From an uncultured Bacteroidales bacterium (GTDB lineage: Bacteria; Bacteroidota; Bacteroidia; Bacteroidales; WCHB1-69), in assembly GCA_934699095.1 (NCBI GenBank), contig CAKUVI010000001.1, positions 320,890 to 384,889 on the forward strand: 64,000 bases of DNA, read 5' to 3'. The notes under the pieces were generated by a model. The model was given only the letters and a program-made list of their open reading frames with translations. It was not told the DNA's origin and searched no databases. Positions 9,473-19,450 of the stretch are shown here, piece by piece (positions within the stretch are counted from its first letter, which is position 1; each line of letters opens with the position of its first letter). Position numbers and translations under genes: made by a program.

Positions 9473-10051
9473 TTATTTGAATTTCAGGTTTATGCCGACG
9501 CCCCATGCAGGTTGCCGCGAAGCCAATGTCGGTACCATCGAGGGACTCCATTGCAATGACAAATCATCTGATACATCGAAATAGAAAAGGTGTGCATCCA
9601 CCATGGCATCGATGATATTCAGTGCATAAATCACAGCAGAAGCAGCAATGAAAATCTCCATGTTCCTTTGTGCTGTCTGTTTTGAGGCAAGTATGTTGGC
9701 ATCGGTTTGGTTTGCAAACTGTGGGTTCAGCAGTTCGGTATGACCGTCCCTGCGGTTTATGAATTCCGTTTTCAAGGTTTTCATCTGAGATGCATAGTGG
9801 TATGTGAAGTATCCGGTTGTACCTAATGCGGCATAGATGATTGGTATTTTCCAGTATTTCCTGTTGTAAATCTGACCGCCGCCGGGGATGATGGAGTATA
9901 GCATGGCGGTTGTAGGGTTGTGTTTTGATACCTTCACAGAGTCTGTTTTCTTCACTTTGGATGTGTTGTCGGCGGTTATTTCCTGTGCGCAGACAAACAG
10001 ACCCATTGAGAGCAGCAAAATAGTGCACAAGATCTGTTTGGTATGTCTCAT
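9473..10051 (-). CDS. DUF5683 domain-containing protein
   Basis: YSIIPGGGQIYNRKYWKIPIIY motif typical of DUF5683. Conserved position after parB. Start set at MRHTKQ (10051), which gives a signal peptide; the longer ORF reaches 10081. Confidence 0.65.
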   Translation of the reverse strand: MRHTKQILCTILLLSMGLFVCAQEITADNTSKVKKTDSVKVSKHNPTTAMLYSIIPGGGQIYNRKYWKIPIIYAALGTTGYFTYHYASQMKTLKTEFINRRDGHTELLNPQFANQTDANILASKQTAQRNMEIFIAASAVIYALNIIDAMVDAHLFYFDVSDDLSLQWSPSMVPTLASRQPAWGVGINLKFK

Positions 10052-10092
10052 TTTTCTGATTTGAACGGAAATAGAACGCAAGAATCGTCTGT

Positions 10093-10965
10093 TTATTGCA
10101 AAAGAGCAAGGATTCTCTTCAATTCGTCGTCGGAGTTGAAGGGTATTTGGATAGTACCTTTTCCGGAGATGTCTTTTTTGATGTTGATTTTAGAAGAGAG
10201 CCGTTTGGAAATGTTGTTTTGGGCATCGCGAATCTCGTCGGAAAGAGTAATCTTGACCTTTGTTTTTTTGTTCTTGGATCCTTCGATGGCCTTTTTCACC
10301 AGAGTTTCAGTCTGACGGACGGAGAGTTGTTCTTTAATGATCTGGTCAACCAGTTTTGCTTGGAGGTGTTCATCTTCAACAGTCACAAGAGTGCGGGCAT
10401 GTCCCATCGAGATGAGGTTGTCGCGCACTGCGACCTGCGCGGGGGTGGAGAGTTTCAGCAGTCGGAGATAGTTGGATATGGTAGTGTTGGTCTTTCCGAC
10501 TTTCTCGCCGAGTTCTTCTTGTGTGAAATGGCATTCATCGATGAGCATTTTGTAGCTCATGGCTATTTCAATGGCGTTTAGGTCGGCTCTTTGTATGTTT
10601 TCGACGAGAGCCATCTGGATGGACAGGGCGTCGTCAACGGTGCGCACGAATGCTGGGATTTCGGTAAGACCTGCCATCTGTGCCGCTCTGAAGCGTCGTT
10701 CGCCGGAGATGAGTTGGTATTTCCCGTTTTCGGCTGGGCGCACGGTTACGGGTTGAATCAGGCCATAGGTTTTGATAGAGTCGGCGAGTTCCTGCAGGGC
10801 CTGTTCGTCGAACTTGGTGCGTGGCTGATAAGGGTTGGTCTCTATAGACTCGATGCGGATTGTGCTGTTGCCGCTCACAATATGGCTGCCGCCTTTGCTC
10901 GGAATCTCAATGTCACCGAGCATAGCCCCTAAACCGCGTCGTTGCAATTTGTCGTTCTTCTGCAT
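10093..10965 (-). CDS. parB: chromosome partitioning protein ParB
   Basis: ParB box LISGERRFRAAQMAG and an HTH (TQEELGEKVGKTNTTISNYLRL). Confidence 0.9.
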   Translation of the reverse strand: MQKNDKLQRRGLGAMLGDIEIPSKGGSHIVSGNSTIRIESIETNPYQPRTKFDEQALQELADSIKTYGLIQPVTVRPAENGKYQLISGERRFRAAQMAGLTEIPAFVRTVDDALSIQMALVENIQRADLNAIEIAMSYKMLIDECHFTQEELGEKVGKTNTTISNYLRLLKLSTPAQVAVRDNLISMGHARTLVTVEDEHLQAKLVDQIIKEQLSVRQTETLVKKAIEGSKNKKTKVKITLSDEIRDAQNNISKRLSSKINIKKDISGKGTIQIPFNSDDELKRILALLQ

Positions 10966-10983
10966 AATATTTTGTTTTGAAAA

Positions 10984-11757
10984 TTATATTGTGTAACCGT
11001 TTTTCAGAAGGAATTCTTTTGCCAAGTTCATGTAGTTGACATGTCCTACGGATTTTATGTCATACACGGCGATGGGTTTGCCGTAACTCGGGGCTTCGCT
11101 GAGGCGTACGGTTCTGGTGATCACAGTGTCGAAAACTATGTCGCGGCAGTGGAATTTCACATCTTCGTAAACAGCGTTCGCTGATTTGAAGCGGTTGGTG
11201 TACATGGTCATCAGGATGCCTTCGATGGAGAGTTCAGGGTTCATGTTGGATTGGACGATACGGACGGTGTTGAGGAGTTTGCCGAGACCTTCGAGGGCGA
11301 AGTATTCGCATTGCACGGGTATTATGACCGAGTCGGCTGCAACCAACGCGTTCAGTGTCACCAAACCGAGTGACGGTGCGCAGTCGATGAATATGAAGTC
11401 GTAGTCGTTTTTGATGCTGCTGAGCACATCTCTCATGCGGTATTCGCGGCGGTCGTAGGATATCATCTCTATTTCAGCGCCAACAAGATGTATGGTGGCC
11501 GGCATGAGGTAGAGGTTCGGTGTTTCGGTCTCAACGACTGCTTCGGAGGCCATTTTGCCACCGACAATGCAGTCGTAGATACTGATTGTAGAATCATCTG
11601 GGTACACTCCCACACCGCTTGAAGCGTTGCCCTGCGGATCGGCATCAACCAAGAGCACACGGAAGTCAAGCAACGCCAACGATGCCGCTAAGTTCACTGC
11701 AGTGGTGGTCTTGCCCACACCGCCCTTCTGGTTTACAATGGCAACTATCTTCCCCAT
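10984..11757 (-). CDS. parA: chromosome partitioning ATPase ParA/Soj
   Basis: Deviant Walker A NQKGGVGKTTTAVNLA. Confidence 0.9.
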   Translation of the reverse strand: MGKIVAIVNQKGGVGKTTTAVNLAASLALLDFRVLLVDADPQGNASSGVGVYPDDSTISIYDCIVGGKMASEAVVETETPNLYLMPATIHLVGAEIEMISYDRREYRMRDVLSSIKNDYDFIFIDCAPSLGLVTLNALVAADSVIIPVQCEYFALEGLGKLLNTVRIVQSNMNPELSIEGILMTMYTNRFKSANAVYEDVKFHCRDIVFDTVITRTVRLSEAPSYGKPIAVYDIKSVGHVNYMNLAKEFLLKNGYTI

Positions 11758-12107
11758 TATAATGATAAGTCTATATCGTCAAAACTAATGTCGTTGATGT
11801 CATCGGTCTCCGTCTCTTTCGCAAAAGAATTTGACTCGAAGAAATCATCTTCGGGAACAGTCCCGAATTCGATGAAATCAATAACACCTGAAAGAGCGTT
11901 TTTGAATTTTTCAAAGTCCTCCTTGTACAGGAAGATCTTGTGTTTTTCATAGAAGAAATTGCCTGTTTCCGGGTCGGTTTTACGTTTGCTTTCCGTAATA
12001 GTAAGGTAGAGTTCTTCGTTTCTGCTTTTCTTTACGTCAAAGAAATAGGTTCTTTTGCCAGCTTTCACTGCTCTTGAAAGCACTTCGTTTTTGTCTTGAT
12101 TCTCCAT
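11757..12107 (-). CDS. DUF3276 (PUR-alpha-like) protein
   Basis: KAGKRTYFFDVKKSR...LYLTITESKR...KIFLYKEDFEKF pattern recalled as DUF3276. Its stop overlaps the parA ATG by 1 nt (TAATG). Start set at MENQDK. Confidence 0.6.
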   Translation of the reverse strand: MENQDKNEVLSRAVKAGKRTYFFDVKKSRNEELYLTITESKRKTDPETGNFFYEKHKIFLYKEDFEKFKNALSGVIDFIEFGTVPEDDFFESNSFAKETETDDINDISFDDIDLSL

Positions 12108-12184
12108 AGTAGTTTTTCTTTTTAGTCGCTTTTCCAAGCGCAAAAGTACTTAAATTTTATAAAACGAACGTATTTGTTGATAAT

Positions 12185-14128
12185 TTATTTTCTTTTTTGT
12201 TGTTGTTGCTGTTGCTTAAGCATTTGGGCCTGTTGTTTCTGCAATTCCTCCATTTTCAGTTCCCATTTAGACTTCTTCACGGGTTTTTTCATGTTCTGTT
12301 GGAGTGTGGCGTGAAGTTTGTCCTCGTTCACTGCAACGCGGAAAATCCACATCTGGATGAATGTGAAAATGTTGAACAAGAGGTAGTAGTAGGTGAGTGC
12401 GGATGAGAAATTGTTGAACATGAACAGGAACATGATAGGCATCGAGTACATCATGATGTTCATCATGCGCTGCTGGTCTTTGTTGCCTTGTGTTGGGCTC
12501 ATGAGCTTGTTGTTGAGCCAGGTGTAAACGAGTGTCGCTATCGTCATGAGTATAGTGAAGAGACTCATGTGGTCGCCATAGAGTGGGATGGTGCGGCCGA
12601 AGTCCCAGATAGAGTCGTATGTGGAAAGGTCCTCAGCCCACAGGAAAGATTTCTGGCGCAGCTCGTAGGCAGCAGGGAAGAAACGGTACATGGCGATGAG
12701 GATAGGCATCTGGATAAGCATGGGAAGACATCCGCCGGCCGGTTTGACACCCGCACTCCGGTAGAGTGACATCGTGGCCTGCTGCTTCTTCATCATGTCT
12801 TCTTCCTTGGGATACTTTGCGTTGATGGCCTCGATCTCAGGCTTCAAAGCGCGCATCTTCGCAGATGACATATATGTCTTGTAACTGATAGGTAACAAGA
12901 TGATTTTCAATGCTATAGTGAGAAGAAGGATGATTAAGCCGTAATGGAGCCCGAAACTCTCAAGCCAGTTGAAAACCGGTATGATAACACCACGGTTTAT
13001 CCAGTGCAGGAGGAAGAAACCCCAGCCCAGCGGAACCTGGCGCTCCAACTTCATGTCATAACCTTTAAGAATCCGGTACTGGTTGGGACCAGCATACATG
13101 CTCATCCCGAAATGACCTTTGTTGAGGTCGGCTATCTCAAAATCAAGAGCCGCGTTACAATTCTTCAGTATCTTGTCTTTAGGTTCGTCGGGAACCTGCA
13201 CAGACAGACTGCCTGAGTTGAAAGGCACGTCCTTGGCTATGAGGCATGTAGTGAAAAATTGTTGCTTGAAAGACACCCATTTGAGTGGTGATGTGAAATC
13301 CTTCTTGTCTGGTTTCCGTTCATCCAGGTTCTCAACAGAGCCTCCGTTGTCCATATAGTACACGGATGTGATGTTTTTCTCGTAGTCGAAGTTTTTCTCA
13401 ACCGACTTCGGCTGGGCATCCCATTGAAGTGTGAAACTGTGTTTGTTGCGGTACAAATAGGACTCCATGTTGACGAAGTTCACATCGAAGTCGAACTTGT
13501 AGTCGTCAGGTGTGAAGGTATAGACATATTCAATGTAGGATTTTTTGTCCAGAACGCTGCATTGGTTGCTGTCTGCCTTTGCGTTAGGGTAGAGGCGGAG
13601 CACAAGCTTGCGGTTTTTGTCGTTAACCTTAAGGTTATCTCCGTTTTCTGATATGAAATAACAATCGTTGGTGGAGATTTCGCTTTGGTCGCTGAGCATA
13701 AGGTTTAGGCTTATGTTCTCTGAACCACCGTCAAACATGACGAGTGGCAGCTTGGCCGAGTCTTTTGGTGTGTACCTGTAGATGTCTTTCAGTTCAATTT
13801 GTCTGAGAGTGCCTCCTTTTTTTGCAATATGGTAAATGGCCTTGTCAGTTTCAACAATGTAGTCGTCACCATCCGACACCTGTGCGTTTGAGAACTGTTG
13901 AGCCAACGGAAGATTTGCGTTGGCAGTGCCAAGAGCAGATTGGGTTGTGTCAGTCTGATTGTCCAAAGAGAGGGTTTCGGAAGCTTCATTGGCTGTACGC
14001 TCCTCTTCTTTCATCATTTGTTCCTTCTGGGCCTCCTGTTGCTTTTTTACTTGGGATGACTGATAGAAGCTGAATCCCAGAAATAGTAATAAAATCAACA
14101 ATAAACCGATAACCGTGTTCTTATCCAT
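12185..14128 (-). CDS. yidC: membrane protein insertase YidC
   Basis: Long Bacteroidota-type periplasmic domain, then the conserved core GCLPMLIQMPILIAMY and C-terminal TM helices. Confidence 0.9.
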   Translation of the reverse strand: MDKNTVIGLLLILLLFLGFSFYQSSQVKKQQEAQKEQMMKEEERTANEASETLSLDNQTDTTQSALGTANANLPLAQQFSNAQVSDGDDYIVETDKAIYHIAKKGGTLRQIELKDIYRYTPKDSAKLPLVMFDGGSENISLNLMLSDQSEISTNDCYFISENGDNLKVNDKNRKLVLRLYPNAKADSNQCSVLDKKSYIEYVYTFTPDDYKFDFDVNFVNMESYLYRNKHSFTLQWDAQPKSVEKNFDYEKNITSVYYMDNGGSVENLDERKPDKKDFTSPLKWVSFKQQFFTTCLIAKDVPFNSGSLSVQVPDEPKDKILKNCNAALDFEIADLNKGHFGMSMYAGPNQYRILKGYDMKLERQVPLGWGFFLLHWINRGVIIPVFNWLESFGLHYGLIILLLTIALKIILLPISYKTYMSSAKMRALKPEIEAINAKYPKEEDMMKKQQATMSLYRSAGVKPAGGCLPMLIQMPILIAMYRFFPAAYELRQKSFLWAEDLSTYDSIWDFGRTIPLYGDHMSLFTILMTIATLVYTWLNNKLMSPTQGNKDQQRMMNIMMYSMPIMFLFMFNNFSSALTYYYLLFNIFTFIQMWIFRVAVNEDKLHATLQQNMKKPVKKSKWELKMEELQKQQAQMLKQQQQQQKRK

Positions 14129-14149
14129 CTTTCAAATTTAAATTGGCGG

Positions 14150-14157
14150 CAAAGGTA
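14150..14157 (-). promoter_or_regulatory. -7 promoter box (TACCTTTG on the minus strand)
   Basis: TAnnTTTG match 22 nt upstream of the yidC ATG. Confidence 0.5.
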
Positions 14158-14183
14158 CAAAAATATTTATTTCTACACAAATA

Positions 14184-14777
14184 TTATTTGCGTATAAGGT
14201 CAGACAGCATTTGCCAGAGCAGGCGGGTCGGCAGGCCCATGACGTTATAGAAGGAGCCGTGCACTTCGCTGATGCCAACGTAGCCTATCCACTCCTGCAC
14301 GCCGTAGGAGCCAGCCTTGTCGAAGGGCTTGTATGTGTCGATGTAGAAGTCAATCATCTCGTTAGAAATAGGATCAAAAGTGACTTCTGTAGCCCGGTAA
14401 TCGGTGAGTTGGCGGGAGGGTGTGGCCACAGTCAGGCCGCTGAAAACGGTATGTGTGTTGCCTGAAAGCATCCTCAGCATTTCGACTGCCTCGAGCCTGT
14501 CGTGCGGTTTGCCTATGATTTTGCCGTCTCTCACCACGATGGTGTCGCACGTGATGAAGATGGTCTTATCATTATAATCTGAAAGGTTGATGGGGGAGAG
14601 CTTCAGTCTTGAAAGGTGCATCACGATGTCTTGTGGCGAGTCCTCAGGATTGAAGGTCTCATTCACATCGGTGGCGATCACCTCAAAATCCACACCCATG
14701 CCGGCGAGCAGTTCGCGGCGGCGCGGGGATTTTGAAGCGAGATATACTTTATAATCCCTGATGTCGTCAAGCAGCAT
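14184..14777 (-). CDS. maf: Maf-like nucleoside triphosphate pyrophosphatase
   Basis: YLASKSPRRRELL and DKAGSYGVQE motifs. The ATG overlaps the upstream stop by 1 nt. Confidence 0.85.
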   Translation of the reverse strand: MLLDDIRDYKVYLASKSPRRRELLAGMGVDFEVIATDVNETFNPEDSPQDIVMHLSRLKLSPINLSDYNDKTIFITCDTIVVRDGKIIGKPHDRLEAVEMLRMLSGNTHTVFSGLTVATPSRQLTDYRATEVTFDPISNEMIDFYIDTYKPFDKAGSYGVQEWIGYVGISEVHGSFYNVMGLPTRLLWQMLSDLIRK

Positions 14778-15976
14778 TATTCCTTGATTCCTTCCTCTAA
14801 TTGCAGTTTTACATCATTGAGGACATTCATGTAGTTGATGAATGCTTGATAAGGTGAAGAATAGACATCGAAGTTCTTCTTGACAGCGCGGTGTTGGAAC
14901 CACTTGGAACTCATAAAGTTAAAGTGGTCGGCAGCTTGCAGTCTGAGCCAACTCAACTTGGCGTCGTGGTTTTCAGACTTTTGGTACAATGGTTCAAGTT
15001 TAAACAGTTGGCTGAAGGCTTCTTTTTGTAGTTCGTTGCCGAGCCATTCGTTGGTGTCCTTCTCTTCACCAGAGTAAGAAATAGCCCAAGGAGCGTGCAT
15101 TGTGGCTGCGCTTAAATCACTATCAATCACATCTTTAGGGGAAATGAAACTGTAATTGTCGTTTTTGAGAAGACTATCAACCAAGGAGTAGAAGAAGTCG
15201 AAAATGCCAGTGTCGGCGGTGTAGTGTTCGCCTATTGTCTCATAGTCCCAGAACAGATTGATGAGTGGTGATTCATTGTCGTGGTGGCAGTTGTCAAGGA
15301 AGCGCATGTATTTTTCAGCTGTCAGAGGGTATTTGTCCCAACTTTTGTCAGCGAAGCGCAGTGTTATGTCGTCGCAGAGCTGGTAGGAGCGTAGGAGTAG
15401 TTTTACATCAGTCTGGTAGGGGTTGCAGTAGAGGTAAGTGGGACTTTTCCAGCCAAGTATGTGCCTTGCGCCCTCAGTCAGGATTACTTGGTAGCCTGCA
15501 TTGCCGAGCCATTCGCCGATTTCATCTGAGTAGATGATCTCGGTATTGCAGAAGGAGACCGGTTTCACGCCGAAGGTTTCCCAGAGCAGGTTTTCCTGGA
15601 GTTTCACCTGTTCGATGAACGAGGATTCATTGTTGAGGGAAGCCAGGCTGTGGGTGAAGGTGCTGCCTGTTATTTCCACACATCCGGTGGATATTAGTTC
15701 CTTGAAGCTGTCGATGACCTCAGGGCAGTATTTTTTGAAGAGGGTGATGGAGCTTCCGGATATGCTGAAGCTGACCTTGAACTTGTCGGGGTTTTTTCGG
15801 ATGATGTCAAGAAGCATTCTGTTGGCCGGAAGATAGCAGCGTTCGGCCAATCGGCGAGTCAGATATTGGTTCTGGTAGTCGTCGAAGTAGTTGTGGTTCT
15901 GGTTTATGTCGAAAAAACGATAAGTGCGCAGACGGAAAGGCTGGCTAATTTGAAAATGGAAGCATATTTTATTCAT
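14777..15976 (-). CDS. glycoside hydrolase family 57 protein
   Basis: N-terminal ICFHFQISQPFRLR typical of GH57. ATG 15976 overlaps the upstream stop (ATGAATAA); an alternative ATG lies at 15994. Confidence 0.75.
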   Translation of the reverse strand: MNKICFHFQISQPFRLRTYRFFDINQNHNYFDDYQNQYLTRRLAERCYLPANRMLLDIIRKNPDKFKVSFSISGSSITLFKKYCPEVIDSFKELISTGCVEITGSTFTHSLASLNNESSFIEQVKLQENLLWETFGVKPVSFCNTEIIYSDEIGEWLGNAGYQVILTEGARHILGWKSPTYLYCNPYQTDVKLLLRSYQLCDDITLRFADKSWDKYPLTAEKYMRFLDNCHHDNESPLINLFWDYETIGEHYTADTGIFDFFYSLVDSLLKNDNYSFISPKDVIDSDLSAATMHAPWAISYSGEEKDTNEWLGNELQKEAFSQLFKLEPLYQKSENHDAKLSWLRLQAADHFNFMSSKWFQHRAVKKNFDVYSSPYQAFINYMNVLNDVKLQLEEGIKE

Positions 15977-17252
15977 AATGGAGTGTTTTTTCATAAATTA
16001 GTTTTAGTTTTTTTGCCACATATTCCCATTTCAGGCGGTCAACTTCAGCCGAGCCCTGTTCAGCGAAAAGTTTAGACAGGGCGGGGTAGTGGAGCAGGCC
16101 GTAGATGGCGTCGGCGGTGGCGTCGATGTCCCAGAAATCGACCTTTATGGCGTGGGTGAGGACTTCAGAGACGCCCGACTGTTTGGAGATGACCACGGGC
16201 ACTTTGGCTCTCATGGCCTCTAACGGGGATATTCCGAAAGGCTCTGATATTGACGGCATCACATAAACGTCACTCATGCCGAACATGGTGTCGATGTCGT
16301 CGCCGCGTAAGAACCCTGTGAAATGGAAGCGGTCGGAGATGCCGAGTTCGGCGACACGCTCGATGATGTGCGACATCATGTCGCCGTCGCCTGCCAGCAC
16401 GAATCTCACGTTGGGATCTCTCTCCAAGACGCGTTTGGCGGTCTCCACGAAGTAGTCAGGCCCCTTCTGGAAGGTGACTCTACCGAGGAATGTGACGATT
16501 TTCTCCGACACGAATTTTTTCCTGACAACGTTTTTGTTGTTGGGTTCCACGGCGTTGTGCAGGGTGAACACTTTAGAGGCTGGTATTCCGTACCTGTTGA
16601 TTACTATGTTCCTGGTGAGGTCGCTCACGGCGCACACGGCGTCGGCGGCCATCATGCCCTCTTTTTCCATGCCATAGACTATGTCGTTGTAGTTTTCGCC
16701 AGAGCGGTCGAACTCTGTTGCGTGGATGTGCACCACCAATGGCTTTCCGGAGGCACGTTTGGCAGCGATGCCCGCACGGTACGTCAGCCAGTCATGAGCG
16801 TGGATTATGTCAAAGTCCTCGTTCCTGGCAATCTCGGCAGCGATGTTCGCATATTGGTTCACCTCCTGCATGAGGTTGGGACCATATTTGCCGGAAAACA
16901 CATATTTTCGCTTGGTACCATTTGTTTTTTCAAAGATGCCGCTTTCAATTTGGTTCACGACGTTGTAGTAGTCATCCAATCCCACGTACGGGATCAGTTT
17001 GCTGTTCACTTGGATGTAGGAGGTTAGTTCTGTGTTGCGGTAGAGCTCAGAGCTGGGGTCGATTTCAACGTCGCTGCCATTCACGATCTTAACGTAAGAG
17101 GTGTCTTCGTCGCCGGAGGCATTGGGCATAACAAAGGTGACTTTCACACCATTGAGCGCCAAACCCTTGGTTAAGCCGTAGCAGGCTGTCCCCAACCCGC
17201 CTGAGATGTGCGGGGGAAACTCCCATCCAAACATTAGTACTTTAATTGGCAT
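15969..17252 (-). CDS. GT4-type glycosyltransferase (glycogen synthase-like)
   Basis: N-terminal FGWEFPPHISGGLGTA and C-terminal EPFGISPLEAM (GT-B E-x7-E region). Sits in a glycogen gene context. Confidence 0.75.
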   Translation of the reverse strand: MPIKVLMFGWEFPPHISGGLGTACYGLTKGLALNGVKVTFVMPNASGDEDTSYVKIVNGSDVEIDPSSELYRNTELTSYIQVNSKLIPYVGLDDYYNVVNQIESGIFEKTNGTKRKYVFSGKYGPNLMQEVNQYANIAAEIARNEDFDIIHAHDWLTYRAGIAAKRASGKPLVVHIHATEFDRSGENYNDIVYGMEKEGMMAADAVCAVSDLTRNIVINRYGIPASKVFTLHNAVEPNNKNVVRKKFVSEKIVTFLGRVTFQKGPDYFVETAKRVLERDPNVRFVLAGDGDMMSHIIERVAELGISDRFHFTGFLRGDDIDTMFGMSDVYVMPSISEPFGISPLEAMRAKVPVVISKQSGVSEVLTHAIKVDFWDIDATADAIYGLLHYPALSKLFAEQGSAEVDRLKWEYVAKKLKLIYEKTLHYE

Positions 17253-17266
17253 AATCTGAGATTTGT

Positions 17267-19210
17267 CTATTTGTTTGCTTGTTCAATTTTCCATTTCATG
17301 TAAAGTAGGGCTGCAACGCTCCAAGCCTGGGATATGCATCCGTTGGGCTTGAATGGCGGGTCTCCGTCGGTGACTTCCGCCACGGTTGAAACACCGTAGC
17401 TTGTCATGCAGCTGTCGAATTTGTAGAGTATCTTGTTGAGGATCTCGGGTGCGCTTTCCGGATGCACTTTCATGATGCAGTCTGTGAACGGGAAAAGAAG
17501 CCAGGGCCAGGCTGTGCCCTGGTGGTAGGCGGCATCGCGTTGGCTCTGGGAACCGGTGTAGTGCCCCTTGTATTGAGGATCCTTCGGGGAGAGCGTGCGG
17601 ACTCCCTTGCTAATGAGCAGTTCCTCAACGGTGATCTTGAGTATCAGCTGCCTGATCTTCTCGCTGATAGGAGCGAAAGGCAGCGATGCCGCGATGAGCA
17701 TGTTGGGACGTACCTGGAAATTCTTGTAGTCACCGTCAACATAGTCGGCCAAATAGCCCAGCTCCTTTGACCAGAATGTGTCTTTGAACACAGTGGGGAA
17801 GTTCATGACCACAGGCTCCCATTCGATGAGGAAATCCTTGTCGTGGCTCTCGCGGGCTGCATCCAGACTGAACTTGATGGCGTTGTACCATAGAGCGTTG
17901 ATTTCTACCTGGCAGCCGGTGCGCGGCGTTACAGGCTGTCCGTCAACAATGGCGTCCATCCAAGTCAGGGCCAAACCGTCGCCTCCTGCGTATATAAGAC
18001 CATTTTCCAACATCCTGATGTTGTTCATGGTGCCGTCTCTGTAAGCGCAGAGTATGTCTTTTATGATTTCACCGTATTTTGACCACACTTTTTTCGGCTT
18101 GTTGATGTAGTCGCTGTAGATTTGGAGACTGCGTATGAACCATAGGGGCGCGTCAACCGAGTTGTAACTTGAGGATGTCCCGCCAACCATGTTCGGGAAA
18201 AGTCCGCCTTTCAGGTCCGAAGTCATGCTGTCAACTATCTCCTCAAACAGGTCGAATTTGCCGAGTGCAAGCGTTAAGCCTGGCAGCGCGATGAATGTGT
18301 CGCGGCCCCATCTTCCGAACCACGGGTATCCTGCTATGATGTCGGTACGGCCGTTCCTGCGAACTATGAACTGCTCTGCTGCGTTCTGCAGACAATTGGT
18401 GAATGATGTGCGGGCAGTGTGCCTCTGCATTTCTCTCGCGTAAATGTCAGCAATCTCTTTTGTGTCAACAGGCTCGGTGCCGATGCAGAGATAAAGCTCG
18501 CTGCTGTCAACCTTGACAGTGAATGTGCCCGGACACCACAGATCCTCATGACCTTCATAACCCCTCTTTAACTCCTCTTCGTACTCTATATTATAGTACC
18601 AGTCTGGTTTGTGCTCGTAACCAGCAGGCGCAGTGAACTGGAAATATACGGGTGTGTAGTTGTCGTACATGCAAAACCCCGCGCCATTCTCAACAGGGCG
18701 GAATGCTGTGTTTACATTTGGGTTGGCATGTGTCAGACTATGGATGCGGCGGAAGGCAAGAAGAGGCAAGATCTGCAAGCTTACCTCTTTGATGTCGTCT
18801 AAAAACGTGTATTTGATGATAAGCCTGTCGGCATCCTGTTGGAACAAAAGCGATTTCTTGAAATTGAACTTTCCGACCCTGAAATCATATACGGGTACAT
18901 TGTCGGCTGAGAAGTTCTGGAGGTATTTGTTGCCCTTGGGCTCTATCACATTCCCCTTGTATTGGTGTATTCCCAGATGAAAATCCATGTCCTTGACCAC
19001 AATGGTCTCGTCTATCCTCGATACCAAAAGATGACGCTCATGGTCGATGTTGTCTTGCGGTACAATGAATAGGCCATGGTATTTGCGGGTGTTGAGACCG
19101 CACATTGTGGTGGTTGCAAAGGAACCTGTCCTGCTGCAACGGAGTATCTCGCGTTCCTTCGAGTATTCAATGTTAACTAATTTGTCCTTATCAAATGATA
19201 TGTAACTCAT
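17267..19210 (-). CDS. glycogen debranching enzyme (amylo-alpha-1,6-glucosidase family)
   Basis: N-terminal debranching domain plus a C-terminal (alpha/alpha)6 region (GYPWFGRWGRDTFI, AYHQGTAWPW). Confidence 0.8.
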   Translation of the reverse strand: MSYISFDKDKLVNIEYSKEREILRCSRTGSFATTTMCGLNTRKYHGLFIVPQDNIDHERHLLVSRIDETIVVKDMDFHLGIHQYKGNVIEPKGNKYLQNFSADNVPVYDFRVGKFNFKKSLLFQQDADRLIIKYTFLDDIKEVSLQILPLLAFRRIHSLTHANPNVNTAFRPVENGAGFCMYDNYTPVYFQFTAPAGYEHKPDWYYNIEYEEELKRGYEGHEDLWCPGTFTVKVDSSELYLCIGTEPVDTKEIADIYAREMQRHTARTSFTNCLQNAAEQFIVRRNGRTDIIAGYPWFGRWGRDTFIALPGLTLALGKFDLFEEIVDSMTSDLKGGLFPNMVGGTSSSYNSVDAPLWFIRSLQIYSDYINKPKKVWSKYGEIIKDILCAYRDGTMNNIRMLENGLIYAGGDGLALTWMDAIVDGQPVTPRTGCQVEINALWYNAIKFSLDAARESHDKDFLIEWEPVVMNFPTVFKDTFWSKELGYLADYVDGDYKNFQVRPNMLIAASLPFAPISEKIRQLILKITVEELLISKGVRTLSPKDPQYKGHYTGSQSQRDAAYHQGTAWPWLLFPFTDCIMKVHPESAPEILNKILYKFDSCMTSYGVSTVAEVTDGDPPFKPNGCISQAWSVAALLYMKWKIEQANK

Positions 19211-19296
19211 ACTTAACTAAATAGTGAAATAGGTTGTTTTTACTATTGTTCTAAAATAATCTTCGTCTGTATAAATCTTATTTAAAATAGTACCCG

Positions 19297-19304
19297 CAAA
19301 GATA
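19297..19304 (-). promoter_or_regulatory. -7 promoter box (TATCTTTG on the minus strand) for the glycogen operon
   Basis: TAnnTTTG match 87 nt upstream of the ATG at 19210. Confidence 0.4.
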
Positions 19305-19450
19305 TATATTTTATCTTGAAATAAAAAACATGTTTTTTATCAAAAAATGAATTTTTTTTTCACCATAGCTTTGAATTTATATGGTGAAAAGTTATAACTT
19401 TTTGATAATTAGAAAGATGAAAAAGTTATGTTAAAATACTTGGAAGGGTT

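Noticed and set aside
9564-10109. A 181 aa ORF overlapping the DUF5683 gene on the same strand in another frame.
   Set aside because: The alternative frame 9473..10051 carries the DUF5683 motif and a signal peptide. The 181 aa frame is Arg/His/Cys-rich and would overlap the parB stop.
19375-19415. The hairpin TTCACCATA-N12-TATGGTGAA downstream of folC, considered as an intrinsic terminator.
   Set aside because: On the minus (folC) strand the stem is followed by an A-run, not a U-tract. On the plus strand no U-tract follows either. It is therefore not called as a terminator.
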